Shown piece after piece: positions 8,777-18,031 of a DNA stretch of 64,000 nt. Position 1 is the stretch's first letter; each line of letters begins with the position of its first letter. The notes beneath the pieces were generated by a model. That model was not told the DNA's origin. It worked only from the letters and a program-made list of their open reading frames with translations, and did no database searches. The DNA is from Amoebidium appalachense. Lineage: Eukaryota > Protista > Ichthyosporea. The translations under genes and the position numbers were made by a program. The stretch lies in contig CAVNZM010000010.1 in the NCBI GenBank assembly GCA_963693365.1, positions 7,813,794 through 7,877,793 of the forward strand, in the 5' to 3' direction.

Positions 8777-10786
8777 TTAGGGCATGGTCCATTTTGGCCC
8801 GTTGTCCCAGTCACCCACATCCACGACGTTGTGGTCGGGCCCGTACTTACCCTGGTTGTTCTTCCAGGCCTCGAGCTCGGCGGCGTAGTTGTCGTAGTCG
8901 GTGGCGGCCCGGCGTGCCTTCCTCTTGCCCATCTTGCCAATGCCCGCGCCTAGCTTCCCTCCGGTAGTACCTCTGTGCGAGTTTGCATGCCCCCTTGCCC
9001 ACGGCAGACACGGCATCACCGACCACAGGTATGACCCCCATCAGGTCCATCACACTCTCCACAATGTCCAACGGGCTTGGTTTGAACGTTTCCTCTTCGA
9101 CGAAGTCTCTCAGCACGGGCACAAAGTTGATCTCCCTCGGCCTCACCATGAACCACAGGTCGTTTTCCTGCATGCTCTGTGGCACCTTTCCGTTGGGCAT
9201 GTGTGCACGTATGGTGTTGAGGTACTGTTTGAGGGCCGAGCCCACCGGTTCCCATAGCTGGTCCACCTCGTCCCAGGGGTCGGGGGAAACGGCTTCGTTG
9301 TAGTTTAGACGTAGCACCCGGCTTGTCACCCTGTACGTGAGCTCCATTTCCGGGTGGGGTAGTGACCCCTTTGGGCCCGAATACACGCTCTTGTTGGTCC
9401 CCCCCAAATCACCGACGGCGCTGACGGTGGTTTCGTATTGAAACATGACGCTGGGAAACTTGTAGTGGACCTTGTGGTCAAGTTTCACGTAGCCCATGCG
9501 TGTGGTGGTGTAGTCGTTGGGGCCCCTGTTGGAGAAGTGCAGGAGGCCCGGCCTGAAGTACCGTGTCTTGGTTGTGCCCGTTATGGTCTCCTGCTCCTGT
9601 GCCCACACCCTGCTCTTTATCCAGTTTGTGAGAACCTTGTCGTCGTAGGGGAACTTTCCGCCCCCGGGCAGGTCGGGGTTGTCCTCGTTGATGTAGTCCA
9701 TGTGCCAGTCGTTGTTGGTGTCGTGCAGGTCCGTGTGGTCAACCTCTGTGTTGATGATGGGCACGTCGTGCAGGTACTCGGCCTTCTCGACGACGACCTG
9801 GTTGAGCTCGTACAGCTGGCTGCTGTCTAGGTTGGCGGTGAGCTTGCCGGCAATGTGCTGCTGCAGCGGCTCCCCCCGGGGCACGGTGCCCATGACAATG
9901 TCGTACGTCATGAACGGTAAGACCCTGCTGATGCCCTTCTTGTTGTAGGCGTAGTTGTTGTTGAGGGGGTACGTGTTTGATGATATGACGGCCTCCATGG
10001 TTGGGGTGTAGGGCCAAAGGGTGGCGTGTCTTGCCTCGTCCGTTTCGTTTTCGTAGAAGTTGGTGTACGTGTGGCCATCGTCCTTCTCCTGCCCGTTTAT
10101 GCCGACATGGTCGAACTTGAAGCATGCGGTTCGTGCAGACATGGGGTAGTGGTGGGTCTGGAACGTGATGGTCTGTCTCTCCTCGTCCCAGCTCCCAAAG
10201 AAGAGGGGGTGCCCATGCTGTGTGGGGTGTCTGGGTTGCTTATCATGGGAAACTTGGGGAAGTCGGGTCGTTCGGGCAGGGCCGTCTTGATCTGTCTGTT
10301 TATGGTACGCACCGACGTCCACCCGTCGGAAAACAGAAAGTTTGGCCGGACCCACATGGAGTAGGGAAATATCGGGTCGGGGGTTAGGCCCTCCAGCCTC
10401 AGCAGGCGACGTACAATGTTGTCCTCGAAGTTGTCCTTGTCGTCCCCCCACAGCACCTTTACTATAGTGTCCAAGGTTTCCTTCATGGTGTTGTAGACGG
10501 TGTGCTCGTCCCAGTTCTTGACCATACCCTTTTCCAACAGCACCACCCTCCTCTCCAGGTCGTCCAGCCGGTCGGTCACCTCCGCCACGGGCATGAAGGT
10601 ACCGGCCCCCACCTCGTCCACCTTCAAGAAGGCAGGCCCCCCTCGGGGGAGGCTTTTGGGCAGCTCGAGGACGTAGCTGTCGTGCCCGTGCCCGCTCGAA
10701 TCGGGTCGGATGCCGACGTAGTAGTCTGCGCTCTTCGGGCCCACCAGGGAGAGCCCCTGGGCAACGTGCCACGCTAAAGCGCTCAT
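8777..10786 (-). CDS. Large fibre/spike-like virion protein (about 669 aa) split by two compensating frameshifts (about 10225 and about 8958)
   Basis: Three consecutive protein-like frames: MSALAWHVAQG...ISNPDTP / QHGHPLFFGSW...KLAQRYYRR / KLGAGIGK...WTMP. The final stop lies 2 nt from the stop of the convergent 7-TM gene, and the N-terminus is paralogous to the fibre. Confidence 0.7.
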
Positions 10787-10804
10787 GGTGGGTTTACTAG
10801 TGTG

Positions 10805-12286
10805 TTAGAAATAATTTTGCGTCCCCCATTCAAGGTCTGCATAGTAGGTGGGAGGGTGGGTGACTATGTTGGTGCGGGGAATGCTGGCCTTGTCCTTGTA
10901 GTCGGTAAACCGTGGGTACTTTGCCAACACCAGCACGTCAAAGTTGTTGTAGCCGGCAACGCTTGCATAGCTCTCTGTGTCGGTCTGGAAGAGCTTTGTC
11001 AGCCTTACCTTGAGCTTGAACCGAAAGTCATCCCCTGTGGGAACAACGGCCCCCTCCAACATGCCGGAGCCCAGCGCAAACGGGTAGATGTTGTTTACGT
11101 CCCACGGGGACACGCACGACATGGGTAGGGAGCCCACGTGGGTGACATACTTGCGCACACCGTTGGTCCCTAGTGTCCAGAAGTAGACAATCACCATGAG
11201 TTCGGCCCCCGGCGATGATATACACTGGGGTTTAATGACTGGCTCGTACGTTGACCTGTATATGCTGATCGTGTCCTCCCATGCAGCCTTTCCGGCAACG
11301 TTCCACCCCTGGGCGGCAGCATGGTGTACTTTCACCGTCAGGTAGGCCGGGCCCGTGCGCCGGCTCCCGTACGTGTTGCTGAGCAGCATGCCCTCGCCGG
11401 CCGGCGGCATACGGGGTTTGATGGCACCCATGTCTGTGGTCAGGGTAGCCACGGTCGTGTCGTGGAGATTCACGAGCGTGTTGAGCCGGTTGACGTCGAG
11501 GCCAAGTGTCGTGCTACTACTCTTCAGACCGGCAATGTCCGTGTTCTGTGTCGTGTTGACCGTCACTGCACCGTTGGCCGTGTTGAGGGCATTGGTGGCT
11601 TTCGCCTCCACGGCCGTCAGCCGGGCGTCGAGGGACCCTGTGGTAGTTTTGAGGCCGGCAATGTCGTTTGTCTGCGTGGTGTTGACCGTCACTGCACCGT
11701 TGGCCGTGTTGAGGGCGGTGGTGGCCTTGCCCTCCACTGCCGTCAGCCTCGTGTCCAGGCTCCCCGTGGTGGTCTTGAGGCCGGCAATGTCCGTGTTCTG
11801 TGTGGTGTTGACCGTCACTGCGCCGTTGGCCGTGTTGAGGGCGGTGGTGGCCTTGCCCTCCACTACCGTCAGCCTCGTGCCCAGACCTCCTGCCGTGGTT
11901 TTGAGCCCGACAATGTCCGTGTTCTGCATGGTGTTCACACCCTCCACGGCCGTCATTCGGGTACCCAGACCTTCCGTTGTGGTTTTGAGACCGGCAATGT
12001 CCGTGTCCTGTGTGGTGTTTACTTCTTCTACGGTAGCCACCCTGGCCCCCAGTGCCTGCACGGTTGCATCGGACGGCACGTCGGCAGCGTCCACAAACGA
12101 CATGTTGCCGTTGGGGTCACATGCCATGTAGGCAAATGTAGCCGGCCCGGTCAAGGGCAATGTCAGATCGTATGCGTCGTGTTTGTGGCCTGTTGTGTTG
12201 GCCACCACCCCCACGTAGTAGCCGTCTTTTCGTCGGTTCGTGAGTGCAAGCCCGTCAGCCACGGTCCAGTTGAGTGATTTGGGCAT
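10805..12286 (-). CDS. Fibre-like protein: N-terminal anchor, coiled-coil shaft, C-terminal head
   Basis: Tandem 28-aa and 42-aa units NTTQNTDIAGLKTTTGSLDTRLTAVEG(KATTALNTANGAVTV), both multiples of 7; divergent from the penton-like gene. Confidence 0.78.
   Translation of the reverse strand: MPKSLNWTVADGLALTNRRKDGYYVGVVANTTGHKHDAYDLTLPLTGPATFAYMACDPNGNMSFVDAADVPSDATVQALGARVATVEEVNTTQDTDIAGLKTTTEGLGTRMTAVEGVNTMQNTDIVGLKTTAGGLGTRLTVVEGKATTALNTANGAVTVNTTQNTDIAGLKTTTGSLDTRLTAVEGKATTALNTANGAVTVNTTQTNDIAGLKTTTGSLDARLTAVEAKATNALNTANGAVTVNTTQNTDIAGLKSSSTTLGLDVNRLNTLVNLHDTTVATLTTDMGAIKPRMPPAGEGMLLSNTYGSRRTGPAYLTVKVHHAAAQGWNVAGKAAWEDTISIYRSTYEPVIKPQCISSPGAELMVIVYFWTLGTNGVRKYVTHVGSLPMSCVSPWDVNNIYPFALGSGMLEGAVVPTGDDFRFKLKVRLTKLFQTDTESYASVAGYNNFDVLVLAKYPRFTDYKDKASIPRTNIVTHPPTYYADLEWGTQNYF
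11525..12025 (-). repeat. Coding tandem repeat with 84-bp and 126-bp units in the fibre shaft
   Basis: GGCAATGTCCGTGTTCTG-like blocks recur near 11531, 11657, 11783, 11909 and 11993. Confidence 0.85.
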
Positions 12287-12366
12287 GGTTGCACAAGTGT
12301 GCACGTTACTACATGACGTTGAATTTTTGTACGGTGTTTATAACGGTATTTGTGCCCACTACCACC

Positions 12367-13425
12367 ATGGACCAAGCCCCAACACACCTCGTAGTCATGC
12401 AACACGTCGGTGACTTTGTGCAAGGCCAGAAGGACCCAGCCCCTGTGGAAATGAAGGCCATGCTGTCTCCCCCGATAGGGTTCCAGCAGAACACGTCGTT
12501 GGGGGTCAAGTGGGTGAGCACCATGACCACCCCCACCACCTTCTACTACCCGTACCCCCGTGATGAGTGCTATGTCAACATGGCCCGCCAGCTCCCGACC
12601 CCGGGAGGGGGGTGGGGCTCACCCACAGACATCCAGCGCCTGTACTTTGAAGCCACACCCGACGAGTTGCAAATCGAACCTGGCAAGAAGGTGTGGCGTA
12701 CCATTCCCCTGTGGGAGTTAGGGGTGAGCCCGACGGGTGCCTTTGTGGGTCGTGGGAGCAGCAACGAGCTATCCAGAGACCTGGCGAGTACTGAAAACGT
12801 CTTTGGGTCGTATATGGGGCATTGGTTGCAGTTCCTGCTGGATAGGTACCTTACGAGCGTACTTGGCAACGACAAACCTGCCGACGGGGAAGTGGAGTTG
12901 AGCTACGACGAGAAGACCGGTCGGATTAAGTTCGTAAACCGTGCACCCGATACCAGGTACCTCATGTGGTTCGACTCGCCGGTGGTGGCTGCTGCAGCCG
13001 GTATGAACGTGGGGGATAGCCTGGTTAGCTCAAAGCCCGGCAGGGACGAGACCACAGCCCCTAATGTTGGGTGTTTCCCCACCCACTTCCTCCTCGAGCT
13101 TCACGGTGTGAACTCAGAGTCGTCCGTGAGTATAGCCAACGCCGACGTCAAGTTTCAGTCCTCCTACCCCAGCAAGGACGTGCTGGCCGTCATTCCTGCC
13201 TTTCCCAACATCACCGTCCCGTTCTTTGACAACGGGGCAGTCATCGAGCTACCACTCGATGTCAGCACGCACATCAACTCTCTCACAGTGAGGCTGGTGA
13301 GCTGTTACGGCAACGTTGTACGGATGAGAGGTGACGTGACCTTTTTATTGTGCCTGAGGCGTATTCCCAGACCCACAGGGTCCACGGTCGTCCGACCCAT
13401 GAGCAAGCCACAACGGTTCGGCTAG
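12367..13425 (+). CDS. Minor capsid (penton-like single jelly-roll) protein
   Basis: C-terminal pattern DVLAVIP...INSLTVRLVSCYGNVVRMRGDVTFLLCLRR typical of Polinton/PLV pentons; ACCACCATG start; virion-module context. Confidence 0.75.
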   Translation: MDQAPTHLVVMQHVGDFVQGQKDPAPVEMKAMLSPPIGFQQNTSLGVKWVSTMTTPTTFYYPYPRDECYVNMARQLPTPGGGWGSPTDIQRLYFEATPDELQIEPGKKVWRTIPLWELGVSPTGAFVGRGSSNELSRDLASTENVFGSYMGHWLQFLLDRYLTSVLGNDKPADGEVELSYDEKTGRIKFVNRAPDTRYLMWFDSPVVAAAAGMNVGDSLVSSKPGRDETTAPNVGCFPTHFLLELHGVNSESSVSIANADVKFQSSYPSKDVLAVIPAFPNITVPFFDNGAVIELPLDVSTHINSLTVRLVSCYGNVVRMRGDVTFLLCLRRIPRPTGSTVVRPMSKPQRFG

Positions 13426-13471
13426 GTGTTGCATATTTTCACCACCACTCAATGAAGACATTACTACCACC

Positions 13472-13711
13472 ATGAATTTTCAACAAGGCACGGGCTATAC
13501 CAACGACTCCGAGTACTGGCGACCGCCACGGCCGGACCGAACGGCAGCACCACGCAACCACACCCTTATTGTCCACCCCAACGAGCACTGGGATAGGTTT
13601 CAGACGGTGTTGAACATTGGTCGTGCTGCCCAAAACGTGGCCTACGTCGGCAGCAACATCAACTACATGCAGAGGTCCTTCAGGCGGGGTGGGGGTCGGT
13701 CGTACCCCTAG
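13472..13711 (+). CDS. Small hypothetical viral protein (79 aa)
   Basis: ACCACCATG start; stop overlaps the stop of the convergent gene. Confidence 0.55.
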   Translation: MNFQQGTGYTNDSEYWRPPRPDRTAAPRNHTLIVHPNEHWDRFQTVLNIGRAAQNVAYVGSNINYMQRSFRRGGGRSYP

Positions 13712-14001
13712 ATGTTGGTCTCCCCCTCCTGTTTCTGTATGTGGGCAAGCATGCGGGCATCCAGCTGGGCCTCGTACTCCAGCACCTTCCTCAGCTCCTC
13801 CTGCCGGTCCACCGGCACCTTCTTCTTCAACTGCCGGAACTTTTTCTCGATTTTGTTTTCGGGCTTCTTCCCTTCCGTGTTGCCGGCCGGGTCAAACTGT
13901 TTGTCGGTGCCGTGGCGTATGTAGAACTGCAAGTAGTCGTCAAAGGTGAAGGGTGACGAGTATGCCGACGGCAAATTCTTCATGTTCTTCGGGATGGCCA
14001 T
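13708..14001 (-). CDS. Small charged helical protein (about 97 aa)
   Basis: First ATG at 14001; GC3-rich codons; Lys/Glu-rich helix. Confidence 0.55.
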   Translation of the reverse strand: MAIPKNMKNLPSAYSSPFTFDDYLQFYIRHGTDKQFDPAGNTEGKKPENKIEKKFRQLKKKVPVDRQEELRKVLEYEAQLDARMLAHIQKQEGETNI

Positions 14002-14042
14002 GCCTGCATGTAGCCTAGCTACTAGTGGTATGTGTGAATTTT

Positions 14043-14666
14043 TCACCACGAGATGAGGTTGGCAATGTGGTCACTGTAACTACGCTGCGGGGGAGGGGGC
14101 TGCTGTGATGCTGCCTGTGTGTGGTACGTGCCGTAGCCCGTGTGGGGCGTGCTGTGACGTATCGGTGGAGGCCCGAAGCTGCCCGGTGCACCCATGGGGT
14201 GTGGGGGTGGGGGTGGGGGCACGTAATAGTGCTTATAGTACGGGTTGTACGGGTTGTCATACCCGTCACTCTCCTCGTAGCTGTCCTCCTCTTCATAGGT
14301 CACCCGTGCCAAGGGCTTTCGTGGGGCCTTCTTCTGCTTTGGCCGGGGGGCCTTTGGGGGTGCTACCAGTACCGGTGCTGCTGCTGGGGGTGGGGGGTCG
14401 GCTGGGCGGGTCTCCAGCACCTGCAGCTTCTGCTCAAGTTCACGGATATAGTCCTTGTTCCTACGCATGCGTTCCACCCTTGTGCTCCTACCCTTCTCCA
14501 AGGCCTCCAGCTGCCGTGCTGTGGGTTGCCGTTTGGCCCTTGCCGCGTTGCCGGCTTCCAGCACCATGGGGTCCACACCCATACCGGTGTTGGTGGTTTC
14601 GTTGGACACCGGTTGGTCGGCCTCACCGTCCGACATGCGCTCGATTTGGTTCTCGTCGGTTGACAT
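14043..14666 (-). CDS. Coiled-coil/Pro-rich viral protein
   Basis: ATG at 14666; helix KRQPTARQLEALEKGR followed by Pro-rich, acidic and Tyr-rich segments. Confidence 0.65.
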   Translation of the reverse strand: MSTDENQIERMSDGEADQPVSNETTNTGMGVDPMVLEAGNAARAKRQPTARQLEALEKGRSTRVERMRRNKDYIRELEQKLQVLETRPADPPPPAAAPVLVAPPKAPRPKQKKAPRKPLARVTYEEEDSYEESDGYDNPYNPYYKHYYVPPPPPPHPMGAPGSFGPPPIRHSTPHTGYGTYHTQAASQQPPPPQRSYSDHIANLISW

Positions 14667-14760
14667 TGTTGGTGTTACCAATAGGGACACATTTTTTTCC
14701 AACGTTGGGCGTACATACGTCCAAAAAATGTGTGCCCACTATCAAACACGGTCAACCAAC

Positions 14761-14997
14761 ATGGTCGGCACAACGTCCAAGAGCGCGTCCGACACGGATG
14801 CCGAGCCGTGGCAGCACGCGTGCGACTTCTGTGGGCACTGGTTCCGGTGTGCCACGCAGGAGGAGGGGCCAGGCTGTGACTTTGACTGTGGGTGCACCAT
14901 GACGTGGCTGGGGGACGAGCCTATGTACCTCTGCAGTTTCAAGTGCCTCGACGAGTTTACCGTCTACAACGTGCAGATCGACAGCTGCCGTCATTAA
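14761..14997 (+). CDS. Small Cys-rich zinc-finger protein (TRASH/MYM-like)
   Basis: CDFC...CDFDCGC...LCSFKC; ACCAACATG start; directly upstream of the ATPase. Confidence 0.55.
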   Translation: MVGTTSKSASDTDAEPWQHACDFCGHWFRCATQEEGPGCDFDCGCTMTWLGDEPMYLCSFKCLDEFTVYNVQIDSCRH

Positions 14998-15025
14998 TTT
15001 TAGCCACCCTACACTGAGTGACACC

Positions 15026-15769
15026 ATGCACCCTACCCCACCCATAGCCGTCAACCCCTTGCCGGCACCACTGTCGGTGGAGCACATTCCGATGACGTGT
15101 GACACCAAACTGAACGTGCCCTACCCCCTCATGGACAACGTGTTCTTCTTTTTGCTTATTGGCCAGCCTGGTTCTGGCAAGTCCAACCTGCTCGTCAACC
15201 TCATTGCCCGGGAGGGCGAGTTCTACAATAAACAGTTTGACCGTGTGTACATTTTCAGCCCGAGCATGCACACCCTCGGCACGGCCCTGAAAATTCCCAG
15301 GGCCCGCCTGCACCAGGACGTCACCTTCCTCCCCGAGATTCTCAAACTGTCCCTCCAACACAAGAAGGTCAACCCAAATTACCGGATGCTGTTGGTGTTC
15401 GACGACATGTCCCATATTTTCCGAAAATCCGGCAACCTCCGTGAATTTGTACGTATGGCACAGAACCGACGACACATTGGTGTGTCGGTGATGATGGTGG
15501 GGCAGAAATTGAACAAGATCCCCCTTGAGCTACGTAGCCAGGCCGATGCCTTGGCCTATTTTAAGAACACCAACAACACCGAGCTCAAGGTGTTGAGGGA
15601 CGAGTTCTTGCCGGCCCTCGAAACCCCCCAGTTTTTCGAGCTCATGGACACGGTCTACCGGGACAAGCACGACTTTCTTTTTATCCGGCTGAACGAGGGT
15701 CGGATGTTTCGCAATTTTGAGGAGGAGGTGGTGCTCGGCACGAATGAAAAAAATGTCGACCATGTGTAA
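15026..15769 (+). CDS. Genome packaging ATPase (A32-like, FtsK-HerA superfamily)
   Basis: Walker A GQPGSGKS, Walker B MLLVFDD, RRHIGVSVMMVGQ (Arg finger and sensor Q), IPLELR; adjacent to the capsid gene. Confidence 0.93.
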   Translation: MHPTPPIAVNPLPAPLSVEHIPMTCDTKLNVPYPLMDNVFFFLLIGQPGSGKSNLLVNLIAREGEFYNKQFDRVYIFSPSMHTLGTALKIPRARLHQDVTFLPEILKLSLQHKKVNPNYRMLLVFDDMSHIFRKSGNLREFVRMAQNRRHIGVSVMMVGQKLNKIPLELRSQADALAYFKNTNNTELKVLRDEFLPALETPQFFELMDTVYRDKHDFLFIRLNEGRMFRNFEEEVVLGTNEKNVDHV

Positions 15770-15781
15770 CACACCGGCAAC

Positions 15782-17530
15782 ATGGCAGCCCCCTACGACG
15801 CCTCCGTGCCCCTCAACCTGGCCTACCACAAGCTGACGGACGCCGGCACCTACTCACCTGTCGAGCTCAGCCACATTAACCGCCGATCGACCGTCAAGAC
15901 CTATCCGGTGACCGGCTCGACGTACAGCTCCAAGGGGCAGCGTGTGATTCGGTTCTCCCTGCCTGCCGTGGGCTTCCTGGACTGTCTCAACAGCTACATG
16001 ACGTTCCAGTTCAAGGCCAACGTCCCCAACGCCCCCGAGAACGTGGGTGTCAAGGTGGAGAGACTGCGGAAGTTCCCCCTCCCTGACCAGCTCGACCACC
16101 CCATCAGCAACAACCAGGACACTGTCGGCTATGAGGGTACCACTGTGCCCCAGACCGGGACGGCTGATTGTGACACCCTCAATCCGGCGGCTGTTGCCAG
16201 TAAGGACATTTTCCCTCTCAAGGTCCGTAACCTGGAGGGTATGGCTATGATGGGTGGTCACCTGTGCTCCTCGGCTGCCCCCTTTGACCGTGCCCGCGTG
16301 TCCATCAACGGCACTACCGTGGAGGACATTTCTGGGTACAACCACCTCATGATCAACCTTGAACGCTTCCTGTCGTCGGCCGACTACGGCAACTGCCCTG
16401 CCGGCCGCATGCATGGCACCTACGGGCCCCAGGACGACGACTGGGAGTACGCAGACAAGTGGAATACGGCTGTCGATAGTAAATACGCTCTCTTCAACCC
16501 CGACCCGCTCAAGAGGCTGTTTGGCATTGAAAAGCTCAAGGACGTAGCCCCCCTTGCCAATGACACCTTGATACCCACACCCGCCGAGGCCGACAGTGTA
16601 CCCGGCAAGGACCGCATTACAGACGGCAAGTACCTCGACTACACCAAGAAGGTGGCCAAGTGGCCACCCCAGCAGGTCAACGTTCAGGCCCAGATCGATG
16701 CCACTGACGGGTTCACCTACATTCATCAGCTCAAGCTCGGCCTCATGCGTTCCGGCAGGTACCTGCCCCTGTCATACATGGGGGAGGTACAGATCGAGCT
16801 GTCGCTGGGGGAGGCCAACCAGGTGCTGTACGTGCCCACCGAGAACGCGGAATGGGTGAAGGACGTGTCCTACGAGATTATCAACCCCGTCTTCCACTGT
16901 GAAATTATTGAGTGGAACGCCGTGTACACGGCCGGCTTTGAGAAGGCTCTGATGGAGAAGAACGTGTATATTCCATACAGCACGTTCACCCATTTCCAGA
17001 GCTACGTCAAGGGGGGCAGTCCTGCCGACCTGCACATTTCGTTCCGGGGGCGGAACGTCAAGTCCCTGCTGTCCCTGGTGAGGAGTGGCAACGACTGGGC
17101 CCAAGCAAACAGCGAGACGTTCAGGTCCAAGCGTAGTAACATCACCAGCTACCAGATCAAGATAGGACCCTACCAGAAGCCCCTCGACGAGATTCGAGTG
17201 TCCTCGAACAACTGTGCCGAGGCATGGGCGGAGTTGGCCAAGGCCCTGTACTTCTTGGGTGACGTCACGGCCGACTGCATGTACAACAGCACTGCCTGGC
17301 CGGATAAACAGTTCATGATTGCCCTTGACCTGGAGAGGGACCGTGACCTGTACTCTGGCCTCGACACCAGCTCCGATGCTACCCCCATTCTGCTGCACCT
17401 CAACACGGAGAAGTTCACCAGCGGTACCTCCAGAGCCAACGAGTACGACGACCTGACCCTTGACACGTTTGTGCACCATGAAAACGTGCTTGTGCTGTCT
17501 GGTGCCCGTGAGGTGACGGTGGAGGCCTAG
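15782..17530 (+). CDS. Major capsid protein (double jelly-roll, Polinton/PLV type)
   Basis: IRFSLP..GFLD..SYMTF, RVSINGTTVEDI..YN, YLPLSYMGEVQIEL, IPYSTF, YQIKIG, FMIALDLE..SGLDT; 582 aa; follows the ATPase. Confidence 0.88.
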   Translation: MAAPYDASVPLNLAYHKLTDAGTYSPVELSHINRRSTVKTYPVTGSTYSSKGQRVIRFSLPAVGFLDCLNSYMTFQFKANVPNAPENVGVKVERLRKFPLPDQLDHPISNNQDTVGYEGTTVPQTGTADCDTLNPAAVASKDIFPLKVRNLEGMAMMGGHLCSSAAPFDRARVSINGTTVEDISGYNHLMINLERFLSSADYGNCPAGRMHGTYGPQDDDWEYADKWNTAVDSKYALFNPDPLKRLFGIEKLKDVAPLANDTLIPTPAEADSVPGKDRITDGKYLDYTKKVAKWPPQQVNVQAQIDATDGFTYIHQLKLGLMRSGRYLPLSYMGEVQIELSLGEANQVLYVPTENAEWVKDVSYEIINPVFHCEIIEWNAVYTAGFEKALMEKNVYIPYSTFTHFQSYVKGGSPADLHISFRGRNVKSLLSLVRSGNDWAQANSETFRSKRSNITSYQIKIGPYQKPLDEIRVSSNNCAEAWAELAKALYFLGDVTADCMYNSTAWPDKQFMIALDLERDRDLYSGLDTSSDATPILLHLNTEKFTSGTSRANEYDDLTLDTFVHHENVLVLSGAREVTVEA

Positions 17531-17578
17531 AGTGCTAAATTGTGTCTGGCTATATAAAAACAAGCACACACGGCAAAC

Positions 17579-17998
17579 ATGGCTACCGACACTGCTATTG
17601 TACCGTGGGCACCTACACCTAGCCATGTTACCGACACTGCCGTTGTACCGTGGGCACCTACACCAACCCAGGCAGCCGTGTACGGCTACAAGGTGGCTCC
17701 ACAGGCCGAGTACGAGGCAGCCTATGTTGCCCCCTACCGTGTACCTCACACGGACGGCACCTTCCAGGCCGGGGTGTACGGTGTGCCGTTCCGTGAGCTG
17801 CCGACTTTCGGCAACCTGCCCGCCGACAACCACCTACCCTCCATGCCGGGCAGGAGTGGTCTGGGTAGCAGGGGTCTCCCGTTCAACAACCAGACCTACT
17901 ACCTGGACTTTGCACCCGTGAGGGTGGGCCGTAGTGGTGACCCCCAGAACAGCTTTACCAGGCAACCCATGGCACAGTATGCCGGGTTCTCCAAATAA
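17579..17998 (+). CDS. Hypothetical virion protein with duplicated TDTA(I/V)VPWAPTP
   Basis: ATG preceded by TATATAAAAA; internal 45-bp-period duplication. Confidence 0.6.
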   Translation: MATDTAIVPWAPTPSHVTDTAVVPWAPTPTQAAVYGYKVAPQAEYEAAYVAPYRVPHTDGTFQAGVYGVPFRELPTFGNLPADNHLPSMPGRSGLGSRGLPFNNQTYYLDFAPVRVGRSGDPQNSFTRQPMAQYAGFSK

Positions 17999-18031
17999 TA
18001 AACACCAGTTTACAACAATACCGTGTCCACC

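Noticed and set aside
10230-10772. N-terminal part of the listed 641-aa ORF 8847-10772
   Set aside because: Arg/Gly-rich off-frame reading; the overlapping 10786 frame is protein-like and paralogous to the fibre
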